A stretch of 62,857 bases of DNA, filler included, from Atractiella rhizophila (taxonomy: Eukaryota): assembly GCA_021432655.1 (NCBI GenBank). It is 3 parts of 3 records of this genome, joined end to end, with 100 filler letters (N's around TTAATTAATTAA, not from the genome) between each part and the next. Parts side by side here need not be neighbours in the genome. Positions count along the whole stretch, not along the records: positions 42,214 to 62,857 come from MU271831.1; 2 more parts are not named here. One strand, given 5' to 3'. Below are positions 45,176-56,614 of this stretch, in pieces. Numbering within the stretch: the first letter of the stretch is position 1; the number at the start of each line of letters is the position of its first letter. Both the position numbers and the translations under genes were made by a program. A model generated the notes under the pieces. It saw nothing but the letters and a program-made list of their open reading frames with translations, was not told the origin of the DNA and did not search any database.

Positions 45176-46714
45176 TTAAAGTGGATATTTTGAAGCATAA
45201 GACTCGTCGAGAAGGTGGTACATGTAGTGATCCCTGAAAAGGATCGGTGGACCGCTCTCCGGCATTGGAGGGAACGAGCGATGACTTCGTGGCGGCCGTT
45301 TCGCTCCAGACAAAACGGCTGCTTTCCTCTGAGCTATGTAGGTGTTCAAGAGGGGATCGTCCCTAGCCAACAAAAAGTCGAGTTTCTCTTGAATAAATTT
45401 AGAACCAAGAAATGGGCTTGCGTACCGATGCTTGGTCTGCCTCCCCTCCACCTTTTCCAAGTTCATATTTTCATCCCACTCTTCTCTCACAGCAGGAACA
45501 GAGGGGTCTTTCTCCGCCTCCTTCACCTCCTTCTCCTCCAACCGTGGGATATCCTTTTCCAACCTTTCCAACCACCCCTCGATTCCACCTTCGAGTCCCA
45601 AAGTCTCCCACTGGCGGAACTGCTCCTCGTCGATGTCGTACTTCCTCTTCTTCTTGCGAGGCTTCGGAGCAACATAGTCTTTGATAGTTTGGGCAAAGTC
45701 GCAGACCCGCCCTCCTCGAGTACATTGGCTACAAGGAATACCGTCCGTTTCAGGAGTGGGACGAGAACCATCACAGCGAATCTAACACGGGCGTCGTCAG
45801 TCGCAATATTTAGAGGAGGGAGCAGGCAACCTTGCGCTTTCTGCACCTGTTTGCAACAATCTATTAGCCTAACAGTGTTTTCTTTTGTTAGAATATATAA
45901 CGAACATTTCGCAGGCAATTTTTATCCTCGTCGTGGTCACCGTCACCTCCTCTTTCCTCCTGTTGCGCGCCATTCCGCTCTTGTCAATGTTGATCGTTGC
46001 GTCCTGTTCTTCTTCTTCGCTTTCCGTCGCCTCCGTCGATTCGGGGATTGAAGAAGTTGGTGGAGGAATATAATCCGGAGGGGGATGGGGAGGAGGGTCA
46101 TAAATCGGCTCTTGTTTAACGGTTGTCAACACGATGGGAACTTGAGCTGGTGGTGCTGGTGGGAGAGGTTCTCGGACGACGTAGTGGTACTGAACATTTG
46201 ATGAAGGGATCACAGTTGAGGCAGCTGCTGTGAAACTGCTGCTTATTGGTGCCAAAGTCGCCGTTGGAGGAGCTGTCCAGACTAGCTGTGGCGCCACGGT
46301 GAGATTGTCAGGTTGTGGGTAGTGCTGGTGCTGTTGTGCGGGGAGCAGAAGATGTGCGCGTTCATACGGGGTCCAAATTTGAGATTCATTCGTCGTCGCT
46401 GTTTGGGGAGAGGAAGTGCAGACTAAGAGTTGTGCAAGCTGTTCGGAGGGATAGGAAAGAGTCGACGAAGAAGCCACTTGAGGCTGAACGGTGTAGTCCT
46501 GAACCTGATGGGGAGGATAGATATATGTGTAGCCCTGATACTGATATTGAGGCTGAGACTGAGGAAGGTCTCCGCCTGGGTTCGAGTTGACGTCTTGCTG
46601 GTAAGGGGCGGGAGCGGCCATGATTGCAAAGTCAAACTCGCGAGAGGTCCAGGATGAAGACAAGGATTCCGACGATTGGGACGACAAGAGGGGTGGCGCA
46701 TACAAGATGTCCAT
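45176..46714 (-). CDS. Zn(II)2Cys6 transcription factor with central cluster
   Basis: Two introns around a 16-nt exon give ACEMCRKRKIRCDGSRPTPETDGIPCSQCTRGGRVCDF; Q/P-rich N-terminus; NLS-like PRKKKRK. Start may be 46621. Confidence 0.82.
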
Positions 46715-48382
46715 CTTAAACCTTTTCAGAACTGGCTTCAGATGTCACGGCGAACACGCAACAGACTCATCGGCAGCAGGGCGTTCGAAGACGTATTCGA
46801 GATCCTAATCCCTGCCGCGGGAGCGTAACCTGAAGCTGACCAAAGGACCACTTCTTTTCCTCCCTTTTATGGGGCTGCCGTCAGCGGTCGAGGTGCCAAA
46901 AACGAAGAAAACTCTTTGCTATGGTACATTCTGATCTTCTGGCTGTCATTGCTCTTTCTTCCTTTCGGTACCCTGATCGAAGTGAATGCTGATTCACTCT
47001 CCAGCTGCAACCTTAACTTCCCTGGCCTGGTTCAACGTGGGACCCAGATGCAAGAAATCCCAGCAACGCCCAGTTTGGGGCTGAACTTGATTGCGTAGAA
47101 CACAACTGATGGGTTCCAATGACAGATTCTCAGCTTGTCGCCCCCATGGTGCAGAACTACTAAGCGACGGCAAGATGCAGGCCTGGGTTCCCCAAAGGAA
47201 ACAGGGAGAAACAATTGCTCCCAAGCGCAAGCTTCGCTGCACCTTCCGAATGCCAAACTGTCAAACCGTCCATGGCAGCGGAAACAAATCTTTGGCTAAA
47301 TTGAGAGGAGCATTTGGGTAGGCTTTCTAATTGCTGGCAACATTCTCAACCTTGTCCTGATCTTCTGCCCTTCTGCGACACTAGCGCCATTTTCAGGAAG
47401 CGACGTCTATAGCCGTGACAGGACGGTGGGCCCTGGCTTCAGCTCGCTTGCCATGAATGAAGACATAGTTTGAAAATGAGAACAACACTGAATTTCCAAC
47501 TGTGTCCAACTGTATCCACCTTCCTGTCAGTTAGGTGTTGTTCCATCAAATGAAAATTGTGGCTTTCCAATTGTTAGCTGCGCCATCACCCAGCTGTCTG
47601 AGCCGTGGAGAAGCAAAGATAACCCCGCTTCCATATTTCCAGACAGATGTGAACATGACCACAGATGAGCGAAATCGGTCAATGCTACTCAAAATATAAT
47701 ATTGTTGTTTAATTTGGTCGAATCAAACGTCGCTCAATTCTTTGGATGAGTTGAAGTTCCTTTGGATGGGTCAAGATGGGTGGGTACTCAATGCTGCAAC
47801 GGTTTCAAGGAGACGCGAGTGACGAGTTGCAGTTGCCAGATAGGGGTACCTGGAACTGATCACTCACGTTCCTTTGCACGATCTGAAAAAGGGTCGCGCA
47901 ATCACAGTTGATCACAGTCACGCTCTGTTCAGACCCAGTCGCACCAAAACAACTCTAACAACTCTGAGAGGAGACATCACAGCTGGTTCGTTCGCTTTTA
48001 TGCTTTCACGAGTGGACGTTGGCAGCGAAGCAATCTACCACTCCGCCCCAATCTCTCATCCAGTCTGATCCCATGAAAGATGGGACTAACCTTCCTACCA
48101 ACGTCTTCAGGCACTATTGATTTGCTAAACACCTGGCCAAAGCCCCCTCTCACGGCTTATCTTCTGATTCACCATAGTAGCTGTCACAAGATGCAATTCA
48201 GAATGCTGTTGTTGGTTGATGTCCATTAATGTTGAAGCGGGTTCGTCCAGTTGGATGTTGACAGAACTTCCACTTGCACTCCGAAGTCAAACATCTAACA
48301 TCTTGCCTGTACAAGAAGAGCACCTGAGAAAGAGGTTTAATCCAAAGGAAAACGCTAGGAAATTAACTGAAGGATTGGAGCC

Positions 48383-51114
48383 ATGGTGAGTTCTGCTTTG
48401 TTTCTTTCTGCAGGAAGGGACTGACTTTGTTCTTCCACAGGGAGTCCCTGGTCTCTGGGACATCCTCTCTCCCTGCAAACAACCTACCAATCTCGCCCGA
48501 CATGCTTACGAGGCGCTCTCCTCAAATTCTAACGGTTTTCGTGGTCTACGAGCTGGGATAGATGCGTCCATTTGGTTTGTGCAAGCTGGAACGAATATGG
48601 ATGGCTCGTGTGTCTCTTCTCGTCTCTCATCCGTCATTGGGAACTTGAACACATTTATTTACCAATTGGCATGGTGTGTAAAGGAATCCCGAGTTTCGAA
48701 ATCTCTTCCTCAGGTGCAACGTCCTGCTTCATCTTGGAATCCTACCAGTTTTCGTCTTTGATGGACCCAAGCGGCCGAAGATTAAGAGGAACAAAAGGGT
48801 AGTGGGCCATAGTCACCCATTTGAGCGTTGGATTGAGCAGTGCGCGGAGGCGTTTGGGTTCGAGACCAGGAAAGCACCTGGAGAGGCGGAAGCAGAATTG
48901 GCAGAGATGAATCGGCGTGGGGAGATTGATGTTGTGTTCACGGTAAGCGTTTCTTCTTACTGTCATTTATGGTATGATGCCAATGTATTTTATTGGACCG
49001 TATGCTGCGTGGTGCACAGAGCGATGGAGACACGCTCCTCTTTGGCGCTACGAGCGTGGTGAAAGACTGGTCCAAAGCCATCTCAACCAAAGATGCAGCC
49101 CAACCCTTTTCACCCGACTTCTACCACGCCTCCACCATCTTTCGCACCCTCAACCTCACAGACGTTCGTATCGCTTTTCTGGCCACGCTTTCGGGAGGAG
49201 ACTACGACACCTCCGGCGTCGTCGGCGTCGGTCCCAAGCTTTCCAAGCCTTTAGCAACCGAATTCGGATTTGCAGAAAGGTTGGAGGCTATCTCTCAACG
49301 CGGTTCGGATATCGGAGAATTGGCGCAGTTGAGAGAAGACGTGAAGGCAGAGCTGGCCACGAATAAGAGCGGAAAGCTTGGGAAGGAGGAACGCTGTCGT
49401 CGCGGCAAAATTTAGGGACGATTGGCCTGCAATGGCTGTTTGGGATTATTATCGACATCCGGTCACTAGCTATAATACACCTGGATGGGAAGCGGCTCCT
49501 CCGAAGTGGCAAAAAGAACCGGAACTGAAGCACATCGTTCGACTCATGATCGAATATCTGACAGACTGGCCCAGGATTAGGATTTTGGGATTCCTGAGGA
49601 GTCGAGTGTGGAAGGGCTTGGTTCTACGTCGGATCAGGCGATTGCTCTTGGATGGAGAGGAGATACCGTTTGAGAGAAAGAACAAGGAGAAGCGAGCGAA
49701 AAAAAGGGACGGATATCAACTAGAGGATCCGCGCCTACAAGCCGATCTGGACCTCTTCCTTGATACCGTCTCCGCATGCCGTGGCGCAACGGGGAAGAGC
49801 GGCAATGCCTTCGAATTCTTGGGCATAGATCTGGAACGCACGAAACCGATCACTGGTGACTTGCTTGAATATCGGACTGGGATCGATGTGAGCGAATACG
49901 CACGCGTAGCTGGAAGATATCTCAACAAGCACTACCCCCCGGAAAGGGCAGAACACGATTTTGAGCGCCCAATACCTGAGAATGAGGATGGCGAACCAGC
50001 TTCACCTTCCAAGAAAAGGAACGTGATCTTCGAAGACCCGTTTGTCCCCATCGACGAGTATCTTCCGAGGATCATACTTGCGGAGGTCTGTCCGGAACTG
50101 GTGGATGCGAAGGAGGAGGAAGAGGAAGAAAAGAGGCATGCAAAGGAAGATAAGGAAAGGGAGAAAGAACTCAAGAGGAGGGAGAGGGAGGAGAAGAAAG
50201 CCAACAGTGTGGGAGGGACGAAGGGGACAGGTGCGAGGAGGAAGAAGACTGCGAACCTTGTTGTCCCTGCGACTAGTGATGCAGAAGGGGAACATAGAGT
50301 GGAGAAGCCGAGAGCAAAGAGAAAGCAAAAGTCTTCCAATCTCGTTATACCTACGGTCAGCGATGTGGAGGATGAACTACCGGCCAAACAGAAAAGGGAT
50401 CGAACTGCGACTCTTGATCCCTTGCAGGAGGAAGAAGGCGTCCACCAGCAGCTCCAACATGGTGGAGCAGATCCTTCAAGAGAACGCCTGGGCAATCTCA
50501 ACCCACTGGCGAATCGGTACGGTGACTTTAGCTCCCTAGGGCCATCGAATAGTAATCCATTTGCAAACGCGTCCTCCTCACAGCTTACACCTGTTCGCCC
50601 AATTGATCTCACATCTTCCCCTCCACAGGATCAAGAAGGTTTCCCGTCTCCGTCTCAAAAAGAGAACGCGGCGAAGAAAACGTCCAAGAAACGATCTCAC
50701 GCCATCGATCCCCTTTCAGACCTCAATGATCCGTCCAACTTTCATCCACCCGTCACAGCGTCCTCTTCCCAACTCCATCTCGCTGGTCCTATAGACCTCA
50801 CGTCTTCTCCCCCGAAGAAACAAGTGAATGACTTCTTTACCTCCTCAAAACCGAACGCAGCTCCTCGTCGTCCGAAGAAGACGACGAAGAATCTGAATTA
50901 TGTCGAGATATCCTCCGATATTGAGCTTGCGGAAGAGGAACTCAGAAAAAGCCCGAAACGCTCGAAAGCCCACACGTCGCCTCGAAGCAGACCGGGGAAA
51001 CACAAGGAAGAGAGTGAGGATGAAGAATTACCAGATTTCGGTGGAAAGCCAACGAGACCACCGGAAAAAGTTTATAGGACCAAAAACGTCGTTGTGTCAT
51101 TGGATTCCGATTAG
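48383..51114 (+). CDS. XPG/Rad2-family nuclease, GEN1/Yen1-like (apparent +1 frameshift at 49377-49381)
   Basis: M|GVPGLWDIL, GIDASIW, PVFVFDGPKRP, APGEAEAELA, SDGDTLLFGA, GGDYDTSGVVGVGPK; ELATN continues in the +1 frame as GRRNA..WP..YYRHPVTS. Confidence 0.85.
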
Positions 51115-51381
51115 CTGCTCCACTCACTGTCTCTGCATTGCATCTAGCCCTTTCTCTTTCTCGTTCTTGGTTCTGGTCAGTTGTGTTGTTGTCTCATTAA
51201 TGGCATTTCTCTTTGGCTTAAATATTCTTGGAGCATGTCCTTTGAATGAAGGATAAAAGTCGTTCACATTGATGAAAAGGTAGTTCGCAACATACAATCG
51301 AAACTCGAAGTCCCCTGATAACCCATCTACAAACAACGCAAACAAAACTACCAAGAGTGCGAGCAAATATAATGAAACTGA

Positions 51382-53730
51382 TCAATCATCAAACATATCA
51401 TCCTCAGAGAAAACGTATTGTTTCTTCTTCGGATGCTCTCCCTTCCTCCTCGGCCTCTTGCTCTTCTTAAACGCATCGAAATCCGCTTGAATGGCATCCA
51501 TGATTTCTGTATCACACCGCAACATCAACAAAGCACGGAATCGATGCAGAGCAAAGGAGGACGAACCACGAAAAGAAAGCTCCTTGTGATTCTTCACCGT
51601 GCGTTTCAGAGACAGGAAGCGCTTCTGGATCTGATGCGACGAGAAGAGGTTCCACTTCTTGTCGCGGAGCGAATCCCAGTCGATTTCCGATTCGTCCGCG
51701 ACTCTGAGACCTTTCAACCTACGCATCGGGGGATCAGGGTGAGAGAATATCTTGGAGGAAGCGGCGAGCTACTCACTTCTCAAACATGTAAAATGTGTCG
51801 TCTTGATCCCACGGTCTCATTTCTGCCTCTCCGCGCTCGGCTTTCACTTCTTTCTCGACGGAATCTTGCCTACAGTGCAAGTGCTCAACACTCTTCACAA
51901 CCCTACCTACTAAAGAAGATAACGTACCATTTAATCCTACATTGAGCCCTCGTCCTCACCCACTCCATCTTCTCACTGACAGCCGTCCAAGGGATATCCG
52001 AATAATCACCTTTCTTCCTTCCCAAATTCCTACAAACGCTCTCCACAGCCTCCTTAAGTTTCTGAGTCTCCTCCTTACTCCAAGCACCCCTATTCTTAAG
52101 CTCTCCATTCTTCAAATAATTCCTATACCGATCTCTACAGTCCTGAGCCATCCGTTCCACCCTCGCAGAGACCTTCTCCCACTTCGTGCCCAACTCCTCA
52201 ACCGCCTCCAAGAGCATCGCGTCCTGTTCGGCCGTCCAAGCTCCTTGATGGCTGAGCGGATGACACATCCTCCTCACATGTTGATAGACCGAAATCAACG
52301 GTCGTCCCTCCACACTGTCTGCAATCTCAGACCAAAACGACGAGCTCGGATCCGCATTTCTCGTGCGTCCGCTAAAGACCTTCTCTCTGAGACCCTCGAA
52401 ATCGAGTCCATGTTTCGACATGTACGAGTCGAGGGACGACTTGATCTTGAGCTCTTCGTCGTGCGTGAACTTGCCCTTCTTGTATATCTCTCTCCCCCTC
52501 TCCTTCCCTATATCCTTCAGCTGCGCCGTGCTGTACCACCGAGTGGTGAGGATCTCTCGATCCGACAACATCTGAACCGGTACATCTCTCCCAGTGACCG
52601 TCACCGCATTCTTCTTCTTCGCATTGGCAAGTGAAGAAGTAGCAGGAGGTACGAAGTTGGCTCCCTTCGACACACGAGCAGCGGTGGACAGGATGGGACC
52701 AGCAGCGGTAGTTGCAGGACGAGCAGAGATATTGGCGATACTCGACTTCCTCCTCTTCGACGAACCATCGTCCTTCCTAGCAGTCAAGGCGGACGCCGAG
52801 GTCGATGCTCCGTTATTGCTGAGCCCTACGCCGGCGGTGCCGATGTTGGGCAAAGGAGGCGGACGGCTTTCAATGGCACTGAGGGAGGTGGTGTGGTTGC
52901 TCCACATCCCGCTCTGGATGGCACGGAAGATGTCATCTTCGTTTGTGCTCAAGAGATCGTTGGGATCTACCATGCCTCCTCCGCCTCCCATTCCCAGGAG
53001 ATTCGACTGGACATATTGCTGGTGGGCGGACGGAGGAACGGGGGAGTTAAGGTAGCTTGACAGGTCCTCTTCCTCGGTCGTAGTCGTCAGATCAACGTTG
53101 CCGTCTCTGGAGGGATAGAACGGGTTGGAGGTCAGAGAATTGAAGAACGCGTTCAACTGATCCGTCTCCATTTCGTGTTCATGTTGATCGTGGTGGTGAG
53201 AGAGGCAAGGGTCAATGGGAGGCTGATGCGCGAACTGGTAATCGTCGAACAAGTTGAGACTATCGTCTCCCTTTCTCCTCTTGGAAGAGGATGAAGAGCC
53301 CGCAGGGTCAGGAGAGAGGAAGGAAAACGTGTTGTTGCTGCTGCCTGGGTGGTGGTGATGGTGGAGTTCGGTGTGGGTGGAGGACGAATGGTTTCGCTTC
53401 CGCTTCTTCTTCTCACTTCCTCCCTCAGAAAGAGAAGGCAAGTCAAAGGACATGGATTGGTCTCCTATCGTCGACGGAGCGGACGGAGCGCGGTGGGTGG
53501 AATTGGAGTGGTGAGAGTGACTGGGCAACATGGAGGTGGACGCGAACGGAGTACCGATGGGAGGAGTGGGGTTCTGTGCACCACAACAATGAACCAATGC
53601 CCGCTAGAAAGTATGATAGGAGACGTACACTTTCGTCGCTAGCTCTCTTCCGACTTTTCTTCCGTTCCCTGCCCCCTCCGCCTCCCCCATCATCGACCGC
53701 CTTCCGCTTCCTAGTCTTATCCCTTCCCAT
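51382..53730 (-). CDS. Myb/SANT DNA-binding protein, Reb1/Nsi1/TTF1-like
   Basis: YKKGKFTHDEE, FWSEIA..RPLISVYQHVRR, GAWTAEQD..GTKWEKVS..DCRDRYRNY, GAWSKEE..IPWTAVSE..RTRAQCRIKW, DESEIDW. Confidence 0.88.
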
Positions 53731-54253
53731 CTATCCTTATCAGTATCGTTATCAGTTGTGGTATCCCTATGAGATGACGACTTGAGCGAGGTAAACAACA
53801 ACGCGTCGCGCCTCAATGGCTGAGTTGCCGATCTCCTCTTCAGGGTTGGGTGGGCTCGTCGTTTTTCTCAGTGCGTTCGGTTCGTCACAGTCACCGAGCT
53901 GTGACGTGATACCGCACCAAGATCCAGTACGGTACGCAGAAGGTTCCGGAAGGCAATCGGGCACTACCCCGCACTCGTGGGAACCTTCTCGCCCCAGATA
54001 AAAGGCGGAACTCAGACACCCAGCCTCAGTCGAGTCGACCAGACCAAAACGAAGGCACCACCAACAAGGCAAGACTCAGAGCACTCTATTTGTTCCTTGG
54101 TTTTATTCGAACAACACGACAGGCAGTATCTAACGAGACGACGTTTATTCTTTCTCAGTACATATTGTTCTCCACAAGGCCACAAATTGAAGCTCTCCGT
54201 TAACTTATCGTTCTCCTCTTCATTTCGTTACTCATCAATAAACATAAATCAAT

Positions 54254-54669
54254 ATGTACGACCCTTCCTTTCTCTTCTGTCGCAACTGACAGTCAAGGAA
54301 CAGGACGAGGTCCTTCAAAGCTCCCAAACAAGTACCTTTCCTACTCGTCTCTTTCTCCACCAATTCTGACTACCATTGCGAACAGTACGCGAAACACTCC
54401 TACCACACGAACGCGCCACTTCGCAAAGTCTCCCTCAAGAAGGGCGGCGCAGGCAAGTTCGGGTGGGGAACGGACAGGGACCACATCCAGACCGTGATGG
54501 AGGAGGGTGCCGTTGCGCCACAGACCGGGGCGAAGGAGAACGAGAAGGTGCGTCCCTCGCCCCCAACGCGAGGAGGGAGGCACGGCGGTTGATGTGTTTG
54601 TTTGTGTGACAGGTCATCATTGCGCCTGCCCCCGAGACGGTCAAAGCTGCCACCGCCGCGGCTGCTTGA
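54254..54669 (+). CDS. 82-aa STF2/TMA10-like (HABP4/Stm1-type KKGG.GK..WG motif) small protein
   Basis: Exons 54254-54255, 54304-54331, 54386-54547, 54613-54669 give MTRSFKAPKQYAKHSYHTNAPLRKVSLKKGGAGKFGWGTDRD..AATAAAA*. Confidence 0.75.
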
Positions 54670-54995
54670 TGCCTTCTCCTCCTCCAAAGAAGGCACAGAA
54701 GGCGGGACTGTGAAAGTACAGAATTGTATTTCTATGGCAATGAGCCCAATGAACAGATGAACTTTGGCACTCCAGTCATGCCTATGTCTCCTTCGTTTCT
54801 CTCACCGCTTTCCAAGTCCCCAGCCTTGCCCCAATACCAACTAATGTCGCGTGAGCACGCAATCTCATGGCAATTGCAGACGTGATCGAATGCGGGGTAT
54901 GTGGCTAGAAGGCTTGTCCTTTAGTTCACTATGATTTCAAGTTTTGAGATTCGACACAACAAGTTGAAAAGAAAACGTCGCGACAAGTCAGCAAA

Positions 54996-55624
54996 ATGCA
55001 ACGCCAACGCGCGCTCCGTCCCTCCCAGCCCATCCACCGTTCCCAGCCCACGCGCGCCGCCCAATCCTTCCAATCCGGTCCCTCCCAACCCTCCGCGCTC
55101 GACGAGTCCTCCGTTCCAGCGCTCACATCCGTCCAACGGCATCTCGAGGACCTCGAACGGTCCAACTACCTCGAGCCCTCGACGGGAGGGGAGCATAGGG
55201 AGGGGGGGAAGACGGACGCGTTTGGGGATTGGACGAGTGGCGTGGCGAGCGAGATTGCGAAGGGGAGGAGGAAGAAGGGAGAGGGCTTTAAGGGCCGGAG
55301 TTTGGAGGTTCGGAATTTGTTGATTTATAGAAAGGGCTTTAAGACTCTGGTCGAGGAGTCCGTGCGTATCTTTCCCTTGGCCCTTTTGTCTTCACAACTC
55401 AGCTGGGACACGGACAGGGTCTTTCGAACCTACCTCCCACTACTCCGTCCTACATCACGGCCGCGGCAAGACCTCCAAAGTACAGAAAAGAGGGAAGGAG
55501 GACGTGTGCGAGTTGTGGATACTTCGGGATCTACGCTTGTGGAAGATGCGAGATGAGATACTGTTCGACGGAGTGTAAGACCGTCCATGAGGAAACGAGG
55601 TGTGAGAGGAGGAGGAGGAGATAG
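54996..55624 (+). CDS. VPS71: SWR1 complex zinc-finger HIT subunit
   Basis: RHLEDLERSNY, VRNLLIYRKGFKTLVEES; exon 2 PSYITAAARPP..CASCGY..YACGRCEMRYCSTECKTVHEETRC (zf-HIT). Confidence 0.88.
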
Positions 55625-55897
55625 GTTCGTTGGTTTCCCCTTTTCTCCTTTTCCCTTGTGATGGTGATGTGGAATGGGAGTTGGACTGTGTGGAGGGAAG
55701 AAGTGGCTTTGTCCTCAAGTTTTGTGACTTGCAGGAATGAACTGTCCCAGATAGGACAGTGGACCTTCCTCACCATGCTGGTTCCAACCGTTTAATCATC
55801 AAACCTTGAAAGACAATGATCATTCCATAGCTTCATCAACCTGTGTCTCCAGAGCTATACATTAGACGGTTGGATTTCTTGACAAGGCTCACGCGGC

Positions 55898-56296
55898 ATG
55901 ATCACTCCAGCTCGCCAATGCGATAGAGTGGTACCTCAATTACCTAGCTCGTTGTCATCCTCCTTCCTACAAAATATGTTAACCAAATCAAATCTGCGAA
56001 CTGATTCTGGTACCAGTCCCGTCACTCCTGATCCATTGCCACCTCAGCCAGAAGATGAATGTCCAACGCTCGCTCCATCCCTTCCACCTTCCGTGACCTT
56101 CGCCAACTCCTTCGCCACACAACGTACGAGGCCGCATGGACGACGGATCTCGACTTCCAAGCTTCGATTTTCATCCGGAGGAGAAATCTGCGATGCAGAG
56201 ATAGAACGGGAAAGGAGGGTTGGACGAATGATGCAGAAGGTGGTGGCATGGTATCTTAGATTGTGCGCTGAGCAGGCTGAGAATGTGAACGGCTAG
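55898..56296 (+). CDS. Possible small hypothetical protein
   Basis: 132-aa ATG ORF only; no motif recognised. Confidence 0.3.
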   Translation: MITPARQCDRVVPQLPSSLSSSFLQNMLTKSNLRTDSGTSPVTPDPLPPQPEDECPTLAPSLPPSVTFANSFATQRTRPHGRRISTSKLRFSSGGEICDAEIERERRVGRMMQKVVAWYLRLCAEQAENVNG

Positions 56297-56614
56297 AAGA
56301 AGGAAGAGGGTTGGAGTGACCAAGCGACAAAGGTCAAGGTATCGAGCTTGTTGCTTCTTCAGAACAAACTTCGGTGGTAGAGCGCGATCCGGCTACACGA
56401 TCTGTTATCCGCATTCTAAAGATTATCATTGTCCATAACGTAGATTGAGACGTTTGATTCGGAGTCTACCGCTGCATCCTCGAAGCTACCAACTGCCTTA
56501 ATTCTACTAGGCAGAGTCTTCAAACATTGCAATTGACAAGTTTGGGAGGTGCTGGTGCTGATCCAATACATTTGATTTGTTTTAGAATAAACAAAGGTTA
56601 CAATGATAATATAT

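Noticed and set aside
45215..52634. Long antisense ORFs (45215-46051, 49932-50612, 51942-52634)
   Set aside because: Shadows of purine-rich coding strands of real genes.
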